Shown in pieces: positions 40,584 through 50,484 of a DNA stretch of 64,000 bases. The translations under genes and the position numbers were made by a program. How positions within the stretch are numbered: position 1 is the first letter of the stretch; each line of letters opens with the position of its first letter. The stretch comes from a virus (Duplodnaviria > Caudoviricetes). The DNA is taken from IMG/VR virus record IMGVR_UViG_3300016482_000089, positions 1 through 64,000 of that record. One strand, written 5' to 3'. The notes below the pieces were generated by a model, which was not told the origin of the DNA, ran no database searches, and was given only the letters and a program-made list of their open reading frames with translations.

Positions 40584-40777
40584 CGGCCGCGGTCCTTGTC
40601 GCGCTCGATGCGGACGGTTTCGGCGCGGTGGGCCTCGCGGGCCTCCTCCAGCGCCTCGGTGAAGCCCTCGCCGGGGAGCCCGGCGGCCGCCCAGAGGGCG
40701 GCGGCGGAGCGGAGCATCCGGCGCACGGTCCGCTCGGTCACGCCGGCGGCCACCTCGGGCTGCACATGGCCGTCCAT
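40580..40777 (-). CDS. Small HTH-like protein
   Basis: PEVAAGVTERTVRRML. Confidence 0.45.
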   Translation of the reverse strand: MDGHVQPEVAAGVTERTVRRMLRSAAALWAAAGLPGEGFTEALEEAREAHRAETVRIERDKDRGR

Positions 40778-41124
40778 CAGGGGCGCGCTCCACGGTTGTT
40801 GGCTGAGAGGGTCCGCCAGACCTCGATCCGGACCTCGTAGCCGCGGCGGCGCGCGAGCATCGTCCGGACCTTCATGAAGGCGGCGCGGCGGGCCTCCAGG
40901 GCCTCATGGTACCGCGGATGGGTCAGGGCCTCGGCCTCGCGCCTGTCGGCGCTGGTGCCGCGGGACTGGGCGATGATCTCGGCGCGGGTGGCCTTGACCA
41001 TGTGCTCGGCGAGTTCGGCGTCGGCCTCGGCCGCGCCGAACTCGTCTGCCCGCTCGATCAGGAAGTGGAGGGCCTCCTCCACCTCCTCATCGGTGACGAG
41101 CGGGCGGTTGCGCCGCTCGTTCAC
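40777..41124 (-). CDS. Helical protein, possibly UvsY-like recombination mediator
   Basis: ADRREAEALTHPRY...IEVWRTLSANNR; next to the annealase. Confidence 0.45.
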   Translation of the reverse strand: MNERRNRPLVTDEEVEEALHFLIERADEFGAAEADAELAEHMVKATRAEIIAQSRGTSADRREAEALTHPRYHEALEARRAAFMKVRTMLARRRGYEVRIEVWRTLSANNRGARP

Positions 41125-41127
41125 GCG

Positions 41128-42423
41128 CTACTTACCTGCCGCGAGGGGGAAGTCGTCGGTGTCGCGCTGGATCTGCATCGCGCGCTCCGCGTCATCCTTG
41201 GTTGGCGAGACCCAGCAGTTCCGCTGGTTGTCGCGCCAGCCCCAGCAGGTGCCGTCCTTCAGCGCGATCTCGCGGACCAGCCACGCCTTGCTGGTGGCGA
41301 GGGCGCGCTTGGCGACCTCCCCGGCCGCCTCGAAGCGGGGCTCCGGCGGGGGCGCCGGCGGATCCTCGCCGGCGTCCGCGTCGCCAGCCGCGGCGGCGGT
41401 GTCCTCCGCCGCAGGCTGCACCTCGCTGGCCTCGGCCTCGGCCTCGGCCCCCCCGTCGCCGGCCTCCGCCGCGCCGGCCACCTCTTCCGCCTGGCCGGCG
41501 ATGTCGCCGATGTCCGGCTCCACCCGCCCCGGCTCCGCCGACGGGACGGACCAGTAGCCCGCCATGTCGCGCTCGGCCTCGAGGATCTCGCGCACCTCGT
41601 CGTCCGTGCGGATGCCCATCAGGACCTCGGGCGCGTAGAGCCGCCCGAAGAAGGCGGCCGAGCGGTAGCGGATCATCAGCTCAGGGATGGTCTGCCACTT
41701 CGACCCGTTCCGGCCGAACCAGCCCTCCGCGACCGCCATCTCCATGGTGATCTCCGGGGACTCCAGCAGCTCGCCGGTCGCCTTGTCCTTGGCGTAGGCG
41801 ATGCACGACAGCTGCCGGAAGTTGGCGGTCTTCTTGACCGGCACCTTGTCCCGGACCGTGTCGTCCCAGACCATCTGCTCGTAGGTCAGGCTCACCGGCT
41901 CGCCGCGGGTCAGCCTGAACTGCAGCGGGGTGAAGCGGCCCGAATTGTTCAGCATGGCGATGACGAACTGCGACGACCAGGACGGGCGGCCCTCGATGAT
42001 ATGCAGGTTCTGCATCACCATCAGCGGATCGGCCTTCATCCGGTCCGCCATGTTGAGCGCGATCATGCAGTTCGCGATCGCGTTCGGGTTCTCCACCATC
42101 TCATCGCGGGCCTTGCCGTAGCGGCCCTTCGGCACCAGGAGGCGGTAGGCCTCCGGCACCAGCGACGAGCTCGCCAGCGCGCGGGCGACGCGCTGGCTGA
42201 ACTCGAAGGACTGGAGGTTCGTGAAGCCGAAGCCGATGGCAGGCATCGAGGCCTCCGGCGCGACGGGTGCGGGGGCGCCGGCCACCGGCCGGCGGGCGAC
42301 GGGCTGCGGCGCCGCCGGGGTCAGGTTCACGCGCAGCTGGTCGAGCGTGCGCGTCGGCGCCGGCGCCTGCTGGGTGGACGGGTGGAGGGGCTGCGCCCCG
42401 TTCGGGGCCTTGGTCTGGCTCAT
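41128..42423 (-). CDS. RecT-like ssDNA annealing protein
   Basis: MVMQNLHIIEGRPSWSSQF; KWQTIPELMIRYRSAAFFGRLYAPEVLMG. Confidence 0.8.
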   Translation of the reverse strand: MSQTKAPNGAQPLHPSTQQAPAPTRTLDQLRVNLTPAAPQPVARRPVAGAPAPVAPEASMPAIGFGFTNLQSFEFSQRVARALASSSLVPEAYRLLVPKGRYGKARDEMVENPNAIANCMIALNMADRMKADPLMVMQNLHIIEGRPSWSSQFVIAMLNNSGRFTPLQFRLTRGEPVSLTYEQMVWDDTVRDKVPVKKTANFRQLSCIAYAKDKATGELLESPEITMEMAVAEGWFGRNGSKWQTIPELMIRYRSAAFFGRLYAPEVLMGIRTDDEVREILEAERDMAGYWSVPSAEPGRVEPDIGDIAGQAEEVAGAAEAGDGGAEAEAEASEVQPAAEDTAAAAGDADAGEDPPAPPPEPRFEAAGEVAKRALATSKAWLVREIALKDGTCWGWRDNQRNCWVSPTKDDAERAMQIQRDTDDFPLAAGK

Positions 42424-42434
42424 GGGAGGTCTCC

Positions 42435-43322
42435 TCAGGCCGCGCGCCGCTGGTACCAACCGGGCAGGTCGAGCGACACGACGCCGAGCGGGTAGCCCGG
42501 CCAGGTGTTGGTGGCGGTGCACTGCGCGTAGGCGCGCATCTGGGTGCGGACCATGTCGCGGGCGCGCTCAATGTCGTCGGGCTTCAGTTCGTACACGCCG
42601 ACGAGGAAGGGCGGCTCCGGCTCCACCGCGATGAACAGGAACGCGTTCGCGTCGAAGCCGCCGGGCGCGAGGCCGATGCCGTCGACGTAGTGGGCGTTCT
42701 GCCAGTCGTACCCGTAGTTCGCGACGGAGCGCGCGAACTCTTCCGGCGATGCGTCGGCGGTCGACTTCAGGTCGCCGATCACCGCCATGTCCGGGCGGAC
42801 GATGTCCATCCGCGAGCGGCAGAGCAGGCCGGTCTCCGGGTCGGTCCAGTAGGCCGACTGTTCGATCAGCAGGCCCTCGGCGAGGATCTCGCGGGCGACG
42901 CTGTGCTGGCGCACGGCGTCCGAGATCCGCATGGCGTTGTCCCAGTCCTTCTGCTGGACGATGTTGCGCCCGCCGGCCCGCTCCTGCTCGGCCTTGTAGG
43001 CCTTGTCCCGGGCGTTGAGCCGCGGGAGGTTCACCACGTGGTAGCGGCTGGCCAGCAGCTCGGGCTGCAGGATGGCGAAATGCGTCAGCGTGCCGAAGCG
43101 GAGGGAGGCGGTTTCCTTCCGCTGCACCAGCGCCTTGGCCGGGGCCTTGGCGAAGCGCTTCAGCGTGCTGATCGAGATGCCCGGACCCGAATGGTACAGG
43201 TGCTCGGGGATGTCGCCGTAGATCCCGGGCTGGATGTCAGCCAGGGGATGCGGGCCGGCCGGGATGGCCTCGCCCGTGGCGCCGTCCTCGACATCATCGA
43301 GTTCGGCGGGGTCCTGGGTCAT
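42435..43322 (-). CDS. PD-(D/E)XK exonuclease (RecE/ExoVIII, DUF3799-like)
   Basis: ISISTLK, FGTLTH, CRSRMD, GDLKST, YGYDWQNAHY. Confidence 0.88.
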   Translation of the reverse strand: MTQDPAELDDVEDGATGEAIPAGPHPLADIQPGIYGDIPEHLYHSGPGISISTLKRFAKAPAKALVQRKETASLRFGTLTHFAILQPELLASRYHVVNLPRLNARDKAYKAEQERAGGRNIVQQKDWDNAMRISDAVRQHSVAREILAEGLLIEQSAYWTDPETGLLCRSRMDIVRPDMAVIGDLKSTADASPEEFARSVANYGYDWQNAHYVDGIGLAPGGFDANAFLFIAVEPEPPFLVGVYELKPDDIERARDMVRTQMRAYAQCTATNTWPGYPLGVVSLDLPGWYQRRAA

Positions 43323-43384
43323 GTCGCTCGCTCCATGGTTGGGGCAGGAGAATCACAACAGAATGTGGTTCGGAGTCAACCGGA

Positions 43385-43428
43385 AACGCAAAGAGCCGCC
43401 CCCGGGTGTGATCCCGGAGGCGGCTCTC
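43385..43428 (-). terminator. Intrinsic terminator
   Basis: GAGCCGCC...GGCGGCTC hairpin then TTTGCGTTT on the minus strand. Confidence 0.65.
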
Positions 43429-43433
43429 GGCCG

Positions 43434-43571
43434 TTAGGCGAGCAGGAAAAGGAATGCGGCCAGGATCAGCACGATGCTGATCATGACCCGGTCGTACAGC
43501 TCCCGCAGGATGGTCAGCCAGGTGCGAGTCGCGCCGGGCGGACGGCCGTTGGGTGTGGATGCTGCCGTCAT
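43434..43571 (-). CDS. 45-aa membrane peptide
   Basis: MTAASTPNG...VMISIVLILAAFLFLLA; preceded by a repeat copy. Confidence 0.5.
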   Translation of the reverse strand: MTAASTPNGRPPGATRTWLTILRELYDRVMISIVLILAAFLFLLA

Positions 43572-43677
43572 GTGGTCCCCCAACCTTCTGTGATGCCCCC
43601 TGTTCCACGGGCGGGGCCCGGGGGCAAGCGGCCCCGCTGGGCCGCCACCCCCGCGAGGGGGTGACGGCTTCTGCGGG

Positions 43678-44172
43678 TCAGGCCGCGGCGGCGCGATAGA
43701 CCGCGTAGGCCTCGTCGAAGGGCAGGCTGTTCAGCACCTTCACGGCGGAGAGCCGCGAGGGCAGGCCGGGGTCGCGCAGCTTCGCGGCGAGCGTCGCCGC
43801 GGGCATGCGCTTGGTCTCGTAGAGCTTCCCGTCTGCCTTCGTGAACAGCAGCTTCCCGCCGAGGGCGCGGCGCAGGTCGCGCCGGCGCAGCTCGTCGGCC
43901 AGCAGGTCGTCGATCACGCTGTCCGCGTCGGGCTGGTAGGAGAAGGGCTTACCGTCCCCGTCCAGCATGTCGGTGACACGGACGGGCAGGGTCTTCGCCT
44001 GCGCGTCCAGCCGCTCGCGGAGGCTGGTCGGGTGGTAGCGGTGGCAGCCACCGCGGCCCTCGTTCGAGACGTCGCCGGCCTTCTGGCCGTCGATCCAGAC
44101 CGCAGCCTGGAAGCAGTTCGTCTCCTCGGACATCGACGCGTAGTACTTGATCGACTTCAGCTCGATCTTCAT
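43678..44172 (-). CDS. Early hypothetical protein
   Basis: SEETNCFQA..IDG..GDVSNEGRGG motif; repeat and AAGGA upstream. Confidence 0.75.
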   Translation of the reverse strand: MKIELKSIKYYASMSEETNCFQAAVWIDGQKAGDVSNEGRGGCHRYHPTSLRERLDAQAKTLPVRVTDMLDGDGKPFSYQPDADSVIDDLLADELRRRDLRRALGGKLLFTKADGKLYETKRMPAATLAAKLRDPGLPSRLSAVKVLNSLPFDEAYAVYRAAAA

Positions 44173-44262
44173 GGGGTTGGTCCTTGCCCCCTATTCGACG
44201 GGCGAAGCCCGGGGGCGGTGGCGTTCGCGTGCCCTGGGGGGCCTCGCCCCCCAGGTGTTCGC

Positions 44263-44784
44263 TCAGGTGTGGAGCGACCAGTCGCGGCTCGCGCGGTGGC
44301 AGATCATGCCGCCGTGCAGCGCGCGCAGGCCGTCGAACTCCTGCGTCCAGAAGAAGCAGGGCTCCTGGTACCCGTCCGGCCGGATGTCGAGGACGCCGTC
44401 GCGCGCCGGGCGCGCCGGAATCAGCACCGGGTCGGCACCCTCCTCCTGGGCCGGCCAGAGGTGCTCGCGCTGCGCGAGCGCCGGGCCGAGGGAGGAGGTG
44501 ATGAGGTAGCGGAAGCACGCCCAGAACTCCTCCTCGACGCCGTGCTGGCGCGCGAAGGCGAGGGTGTCTGCGAAGTGCCCCGCGTCCCGGATGTGGATCG
44601 TCAGCGAGCCGGTCTTCTCCGGGAACTCCCGGCTGAAGTGCGGCTCGAACCTCGGCGGCAGCGGCTCCGCCCCCTGCTTCTGCAGGTTGCGCAGCGCGCC
44701 GACGGCGACGGCGACATCGGCGATCAGGCGCTTGCGGCGCTGGTCGGCCGTCTCGGCCGCCGGCGCCGGTATGGTGGTGGACAT
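44263..44784 (-). CDS. Early hypothetical protein
   Basis: MSTTIP...; C-terminal GGMICHR...WSLHT. Confidence 0.7.
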   Translation of the reverse strand: MSTTIPAPAAETADQRRKRLIADVAVAVGALRNLQKQGAEPLPPRFEPHFSREFPEKTGSLTIHIRDAGHFADTLAFARQHGVEEEFWACFRYLITSSLGPALAQREHLWPAQEEGADPVLIPARPARDGVLDIRPDGYQEPCFFWTQEFDGLRALHGGMICHRASRDWSLHT

Positions 44785-44881
44785 GGGGATGGTCCTGGCC
44801 CCCTGATCGACGGGCGGTGCCCGGGGGCGGTGGCAACGCTGGGCCGCGCCGGTGGGGGGCACCGGCGGGGCTTCGTAGGGA

Positions 44882-45088
44882 TCAGGTCTTGAGGACGAGG
44901 GCTTGGCAGCGCTTGCAGCGCCGCAGCCCGGCGTCCTGCGGGAAGCGGTACCCGGCCTCGAAGATCTCGGCCTGGGCGCCGCATCGGGGCGCGGGCGGCG
45001 CGTCCGACCAGAACATCGCCTGGTGGGCGATGCCGGTCGTCGTGCCGTCCTTCCGCCGGCCCGCGTACCAGAGGCTGTCGCGGGTCAC
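44882..45088 (-). CDS. Small Cys/His protein
   Basis: H...RCG...CKRC; GTGA coupling. Confidence 0.5.
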   Translation of the reverse strand: MTRDSLWYAGRRKDGTTTGIAHQAMFWSDAPPAPRCGAQAEIFEAGYRFPQDAGLRRCKRCQALVLKT

Positions 45089-45321
45089 GCGGCGAGCGGC
45101 TGCGCCGCGTCGTCGTTGGCGGCCCACCGGCGCTGGTCCTCCATCCGGAGGGCGTGGCGGGCCGCGCCCTCGGCGCTGGAGACAGCGCGGCGGGCGGCGC
45201 CGGCGGCGCGCTTGGCGTGGGCCTTGCGGAGCAGGCGGCGGGCGCGGCGAAGCAGGATGAGCGCCTCCTCGATCTGTCCGAGGGGCGTGGTCGCGGCCGA
45301 GGCCGCGATGGTGGTGGACAT
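45085..45321 (-). CDS. Small helical basic protein
   Basis: MSTTIA...; repeat upstream. Confidence 0.65.
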   Translation of the reverse strand: MSTTIAASAATTPLGQIEEALILLRRARRLLRKAHAKRAAGAARRAVSSAEGAARHALRMEDQRRWAANDDAAQPLAA

Positions 45322-45415
45322 GATGGGGTTGGTCCTTGCCCCCTATCTCGACGGGCGGTGCCCGGGGGCTGAGGCGGCCGCTGGCCGCGGGGCGCGCTGG
45401 GCGCCCCGGGCTGCG

Positions 45416-45853
45416 TCAGGCCACGGCGCGAGGGATGTCGCGCCAGGCGGTGGTGATCAGGTTCTCGGCGACCTCGATGTCGACGCCGCCATAGACCTTC
45501 GCCGCGGCGGTGAGCCGCTCGAAGACCGGGTCGGTGCCGCGGTCCCAGAAGCCGGCGCCGTGGCCGTTCCTGGTGAGCCAGAAGTCGACCCCGGCGCCAC
45601 TCATCGTGCGGCGCGTGAGCTCGACGTAGCGCTCCAGGTCGGCGGCGTGCTGCTCCTGGAAGTCGGCGCAGTCGGCCTCGGCCTCCGCCAGAAAGGCGGG
45701 GGCGAAGCCCTGCAGCGTGTCGCGGGGCGGCGGGCCGATGATGGCGCCGCCGGCGTCGGTCTGCTCCGGGAGGAGCCACTCGACGGCCTCGAGGTATCCG
45801 GTGGTGAACTCGTCGAGGCCCGGCGGGACGTGCTGGGCGACGAACTCGGGCAT
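45416..45853 (-). CDS. Conserved phage early protein
   Basis: GVDFWLTRNGHGAGFWDRG motif. Confidence 0.75.
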   Translation of the reverse strand: MPEFVAQHVPPGLDEFTTGYLEAVEWLLPEQTDAGGAIIGPPPRDTLQGFAPAFLAEAEADCADFQEQHAADLERYVELTRRTMSGAGVDFWLTRNGHGAGFWDRGTDPVFERLTAAAKVYGGVDIEVAENLITTAWRDIPRAVA

Positions 45854-45944
45854 GGTGCCCTCCTGTTCCCCCCTGCGCGACGGGCAGGCCCGGGGGGCGA
45901 GGTTGCTGCATGCCCTGGGGGGCCGAGGCCCCCCAGGTGTTCGG

Positions 45945-47150
45945 TCAGGCGCTGACCAGGTCCATCAGCTTGCCGGCGGCGCGCTCGACGTCGATGCGCC
46001 GGTCCTGGTGCGGGATGTCGCGGGCGAGGGCGGTGACGCCCTGCACCACGTCCCAGATGCTCCTGCAGCGGTGGCCCTCCTCGCCGAGCACGGACGCCAG
46101 CACGTCCTTGGCCTGCTTCTTGGAGAGCTCCAGCCGCTTCTGCATGAAGTCCACGACATCGTCGTCGTCATCCCCCACGCGGCGGGCCTTCGCGGCCGCG
46201 ACCTTGCGGGAGATGGTGGACGCCGAGATCTCGGTGAACTGCTCGATGGCGGGCTTCGCCTCGAGCATGAAGCGGCTGGGCAGGCCGGAGGTGTGGCGGA
46301 GCCGCAGCGTCTGCTTCTTCTCGCAGCCCCAGAGGTTGCGGTTCATGCAGACGGCGCGGAGGTACATCGTCTCGATCGAGAGCGAGCGGGAGCCCGTCTC
46401 GGAGTTCGACACGATGAAGCCGGGGAACATCAGGTCCGGCGACCCGTCGGCGAGCTTGCCGACTTCGATGGGATACTGGTCGCGGCAGAGGAACACGAAC
46501 ACGTCGCGATCCGAGGCGTAGAGCGTGGTGCTCTGCTTCGAGATCGGCGCGTTCGGGTCGTAGGTGCCACGACCCCAGTCGATGACGCCCGGGACCTTCC
46601 AGGTGTCGTCGATGCTCTTGCGGATGACATCGACCACCTCCGCGTCGTAGACGCGGCCGTAGTCCGGGCCGGTGATGGCGCGCAGCTCCGTGCGATCGTC
46701 CCAGCCCGCCTCCAGGATGCCGACGTTCTCGGACGGCAGCCGGTGGAGGCAGTGCTGCAACGCGATGCCGGCGATGGGCGCCGACAGCTTCTCGCGCATG
46801 AAGCTGGCCGGGGCGCCGACCTTCGAGCACAGCTGGCCGAAAGACCAGTGGTTCGGGTGGATCTGGCGGCCGGCCTTGTCCTCGAGCCAGAGGCGGTTCT
46901 CGTCGTCCATCTGAGCCCGGACCCGGAGGTCCGTGGTGGGCAGGATGCTGGCCGTGCTGCGCTCCTTGCGGGCGTGCACGGCCTCGGCGAGCTCGTCGAG
47001 GCTGAGGAAGCGCTGGTCATCGGGGCGGCTGAACCACTGCGACGACACGCTGCCGTCGCGGGAGCCCCGGGTCACATCGACCTTGCGGGCGCCGACCTGC
47101 TGCTCCATGGCAACGGGCCGGCCGTCCGGGGTGATGACGTTGGCGATCAT
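45945..47150 (-). CDS. DUF932-family protein
   Basis: NHWSFGQLC..VGAPA, RAITGPDYGRVYD, YASDRDVFVFL, NSETGSRS, RAVCMNRNLWG, LRHT. Confidence 0.85.
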   Translation of the reverse strand: MIANVITPDGRPVAMEQQVGARKVDVTRGSRDGSVSSQWFSRPDDQRFLSLDELAEAVHARKERSTASILPTTDLRVRAQMDDENRLWLEDKAGRQIHPNHWSFGQLCSKVGAPASFMREKLSAPIAGIALQHCLHRLPSENVGILEAGWDDRTELRAITGPDYGRVYDAEVVDVIRKSIDDTWKVPGVIDWGRGTYDPNAPISKQSTTLYASDRDVFVFLCRDQYPIEVGKLADGSPDLMFPGFIVSNSETGSRSLSIETMYLRAVCMNRNLWGCEKKQTLRLRHTSGLPSRFMLEAKPAIEQFTEISASTISRKVAAAKARRVGDDDDDVVDFMQKRLELSKKQAKDVLASVLGEEGHRCRSIWDVVQGVTALARDIPHQDRRIDVERAAGKLMDLVSA

Positions 47151-47328
47151 GGTGATCTCCCTTGCCCCCTGATCGACGGGCCGGGCCCGGGGGCAGAAGC
47201 GCCGGCGAGCACAACACAAGAGGTTGTGGTTCGCAACGGGAGATCGTGAAGCCCCCTGATCGACGGGCACGGCCCGGGGGCGGAAGCGGTGCGGGCGCCT
47301 GGCGCGCGGGGCGCGCCAGGGCTTCTGG

Positions 47329-47727
47329 TCAGGCGGGGACGGTGATGGTCGGCTCGCCGATGATCCAGCTCGCGGGATCCTGGTAGACTTGGATCGGCTC
47401 GGAGCGGTCGTTGTAGTAGACGGGGGCGATCATGCCGGCGTCCCGCCAGCGCGCGATGCTCTTCTCCACACGCTGCGCGTAGGCCGAGGCGGCCTGGCTG
47501 TCCGTGTCGTAGACGCAGACCACCTCGCGGTAGGTGCCGAAGTCGTGGTGGTTGGCCCTGATCTTCAGCTGGGCGCCCTCCGGCTCATCGCCGTAGACGC
47601 GCCGGAGCGCGGTGATGAAGGCGCGGCACTCGAGCTGGTTGAGCTCGGGGCCGCGGTCAAACTTCTCGCCGATCTGCGCGCAGTCCTCCTCGTAGGGGGC
47701 GCCGCCGATGTCGATGGTTTCGCGCAT
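47329..47727 (-). CDS. Conserved phage early protein
   Basis: GAPYEEDCAQIG...NHHDFGTYREV. Confidence 0.7.
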   Translation of the reverse strand: MRETIDIGGAPYEEDCAQIGEKFDRGPELNQLECRAFITALRRVYGDEPEGAQLKIRANHHDFGTYREVVCVYDTDSQAASAYAQRVEKSIARWRDAGMIAPVYYNDRSEPIQVYQDPASWIIGEPTITVPA

Positions 47728-47812
47728 ATGGGGTGTCCTGCCCCCTCTTTCGACGGGCTGGACCCGGGGGCGGTGGTGCAGCTGGCGCGCCGCCCCGAGG
47801 GGCGGCGGCTTC

Positions 47813-48301
47813 TCAGGCATGGCCTGCTTGGTATTCGAGTGCGACGGTCACCAGGGCTGCGTAGCCCTCGACGACTTCAATGTTGCCGAAGCGGCCGGTC
47901 CCGGGCGCGTCCATCATTCGCCACGCCAGGAGCGGCTGGCGGTCCTTCTGGAAGATGAGGGTGTAGAGCGCCGGGCTGGCCTCGCGTCCGATTTCGGACA
48001 GCCGCTCTCGCGGCCATTCGCTGGATGCCGGGCGCCAGAAGGTGCCGGCAGCGAACGAGGCAGCCCCGCCCTTCTTCTCGACGTGCTCTCCCGCGCGCTT
48101 GTACGCGATGGAGATGGGCTTGCCGGGGGCGGACGTATTCTTCCACTGCCCATTTCGGTACAGGCGGAAGATCTGCGTTTCGGCGACTCCCGCCGCAGTG
48201 ACTCCGTCCGATAGGCCTGCGAGGAGGAATTCGGCATCGGTCTTCTCGAAGCTCGTGCCTGTCGGCCTGAATCCGAGAACCAATCCGGCATACTCGCGCA
48301 T
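47813..48301 (-). CDS. Early hypothetical protein (less GC-biased)
   Basis: AGGAG RBS and repeat upstream. Confidence 0.6.
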   Translation of the reverse strand: MREYAGLVLGFRPTGTSFEKTDAEFLLAGLSDGVTAAGVAETQIFRLYRNGQWKNTSAPGKPISIAYKRAGEHVEKKGGAASFAAGTFWRPASSEWPRERLSEIGREASPALYTLIFQKDRQPLLAWRMMDAPGTGRFGNIEVVEGYAALVTVALEYQAGHA

Positions 48302-48392
48302 GGTTTGTACTCCTGCCCCCTATCTCGACGGGCATGACCCGGGGGCGGTGGTGATGCGGGGCCGCCGGCGCGTGGGGCGCCGGCGGCTTCTG

Positions 48393-48947
48393 CTACGCCG
48401 CGCGCTCGGCGGCGAAGTCGTTGTCCGGCTCAGGATGCCGGTAGGGGAGCAGCCCGCTGAACAGCGGGACGATCTCGTTCAGGTCGGCGATGTGCTGGTC
48501 GGTGACGCCGCGGAAGTCCGCGATGCCGTCGCCCAGCATGCGCTTGCCGTGCACGTAGGGACGGAGCGTCTCGCGGGTGCAGGCGATGCCGAGGGCCATC
48601 GGGATCCGCTCGCGGTCGTTGCTGATCGCGAGAGGGGCGATGTAGCCCACGCAGGTGAGGATGAAGCGATCGGCGTCGAGCTTCTCGGCGACGACCTTGA
48701 CCCAGGCGGCGATGCGCCCGAGCGACCAGCCGGGCTCGGCGGTCATGATCGAGGCGTTCTGCCCGTTCCGGATGATGAGGTGCGCGCCGAAGTGGGCGCT
48801 CCGCATGAACTGGCAGTACTCCTCGAGGCCGAGCTTCGCCATCGCCTCCGGGTCATTTTCCCCGAAGATGCGCGTGGTGATCGTCTCGGCAGTCAGGTCT
48901 TCGTCCTTGCGGACGCCAACCATGTGCATGGCCATCTGGTGTGGCAT
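48393..48947 (-). CDS. Early hypothetical protein
   Basis: AGGAG RBS and repeat upstream. Confidence 0.65.
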   Translation of the reverse strand: MPHQMAMHMVGVRKDEDLTAETITTRIFGENDPEAMAKLGLEEYCQFMRSAHFGAHLIIRNGQNASIMTAEPGWSLGRIAAWVKVVAEKLDADRFILTCVGYIAPLAISNDRERIPMALGIACTRETLRPYVHGKRMLGDGIADFRGVTDQHIADLNEIVPLFSGLLPYRHPEPDNDFAAERAA

Positions 48948-49036
48948 GGATGGTCTCCTGCCCCCTTCTTCGACGGGCTGGACCCGGGGGCGGTGGTGCA
49001 GCGGGGGCGTCCCGGGCCTTGCGGCCCGGGCGCTTC

Positions 49037-49765
49037 TCACGAGCGCGAACCCGCGCGCTGCATGACCGCGAGGGTGTCGTCGAGGTAGGTCCCGAGGTTC
49101 TCCTGGAACGCGCGGATCTGCTCAGCGAAGATGCGCTGGGCGACGCGGTTGCTCATCTCCGGCGACAGCTCCTTCGCGGTCGTGGGGATCAGCTGCCAGC
49201 CGGCGGCGGCGTAGTTGCCGTCGTGGGCGACCAGGTGCTCGTAGGCACGGTCGGCCTCGCGCGCGGCGTCGAAGACGACGCCGGCGTCGTCGTGCTGATC
49301 CTCGTTGGCCCCGACGCGACGGATCGCGTCGAGGGCCATGTCGGACCGGCCCGGCGGGGCGAAGGCAAAGGCGCGGCGCGGGATGCGGATGACGAGTTCG
49401 TACTCGGCTTCGTACATCACCAGGCGGCCGGACTTCGTGCCGTTGGCCACCTCTTCGGCGACCAGGGACACGACGGGCTTCTCGGGTTCCTCGCCGTCAT
49501 CCTTGCGGGGCGGCGCGGGGTTCGCGGGCGCGGGCTCGATCGGGTCGCGCACGCGCCTCGCGAAGTAGTCGTAGCCGAGCGCCTCGTCGCCGGGCTTGTG
49601 GACCCGGATGAGGCGGCGCTGCGGCTGGTTGGGGATCTCGATCGGCGCGTCGGTGTTGGCGGCGCTGGCGGCCCAGGTGCCGAGGTCCTCTCCGAGGTTC
49701 GACAGCAGGCCCGCGAGATCGAGCTTCTTGACCCCGATGTCGGGGCCGATCAGTGAGAAATGCAT
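49037..49765 (-). CDS. Early hypothetical protein
   Basis: Repeat upstream; strong codon bias. Confidence 0.65.
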   Translation of the reverse strand: MHFSLIGPDIGVKKLDLAGLLSNLGEDLGTWAASAANTDAPIEIPNQPQRRLIRVHKPGDEALGYDYFARRVRDPIEPAPANPAPPRKDDGEEPEKPVVSLVAEEVANGTKSGRLVMYEAEYELVIRIPRRAFAFAPPGRSDMALDAIRRVGANEDQHDDAGVVFDAAREADRAYEHLVAHDGNYAAAGWQLIPTTAKELSPEMSNRVAQRIFAEQIRAFQENLGTYLDDTLAVMQRAGSRS

Positions 49766-49847
49766 GGGGGGTTCCATGGCCCCCTGATCGACGGGCCAGG
49801 CCCGGGGGCGAAAGCGTGGCGGGCGCCGGGCCCGAAGGCCCGGAGCT

Positions 49848-50396
49848 TCATTGGGATGGGCCTGCGACGGAGGCGAAGAGGAACTCGAAATCGTCGGGCA
49901 CCTCGGTCCAGTAGCGGGCGAGGACGGCGAGCGCGGCCTCCTTCAGGCGGGGGCCGTGAGTCTTCCAGTCGGTCTTGCAGTCCTCAATGGCCGCATTCGC
50001 GTTCGGGCCGAGCACCGGGATCTCGCATATGAGCGTATCCGGGAGCCGGGGCCTGACCGCGAAGCGCAGGTAGAAATTGCGCTCGATGACAGCGGGCAGC
50101 TGCTCGCGCGCGGGTGGGGTGTCTCGCTCCACCAGGTCGTCCAGCCGCAGCTGGATGGAGGCGAGCGAGTCGGGGGGAAGACCGGCGTGGTTCGCATCGT
50201 AGGGTGCGATGACGAACTCGCCGGCGCCGGCGCGGCGGAACCGCACCGGCTTCTCGTAGGCCATCGCCGCGTGGACGGCGGACCAGGCGTCGCCGTCGGC
50301 GCCGAGCTCGCGGGCGAAGCCTGCGAAGTCGAGCGGCCGGAGGGCGGCGTCGGTGGTCGCGCAGCCCATCAGCGGCGGGCTGGTCGTGTCGGACAT
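49848..50396 (-). CDS. Early hypothetical protein
   Basis: AGGA RBS and repeat upstream. Confidence 0.6.
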   Translation of the reverse strand: MSDTTSPPLMGCATTDAALRPLDFAGFARELGADGDAWSAVHAAMAYEKPVRFRRAGAGEFVIAPYDANHAGLPPDSLASIQLRLDDLVERDTPPAREQLPAVIERNFYLRFAVRPRLPDTLICEIPVLGPNANAAIEDCKTDWKTHGPRLKEAALAVLARYWTEVPDDFEFLFASVAGPSQ

Positions 50397-50484
50397 GGGG
50401 ATGTGTCCTGGCCCCCTGGATCGACGGGCGGTGCCCGGGGGCGGTGGCAGTCGCAGGGCCCCGGGCGCGGTGGCGCCCGGGGCT

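Larger units (their letters stand above)
43595..50442 (-). repeat. Start-associated structured repeat, cluster 1 (12 copies)
   Basis: Plus-strand GCCCCCT-N2-4-(T)CGACGGGC-N2-3-(G/A)CCCGGGGGC starting near 43595, 44186, 44798, 45338, 45868, 47164, 47251, 47740, 48315, 48960, 49779, 50411. Confidence 0.92.
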
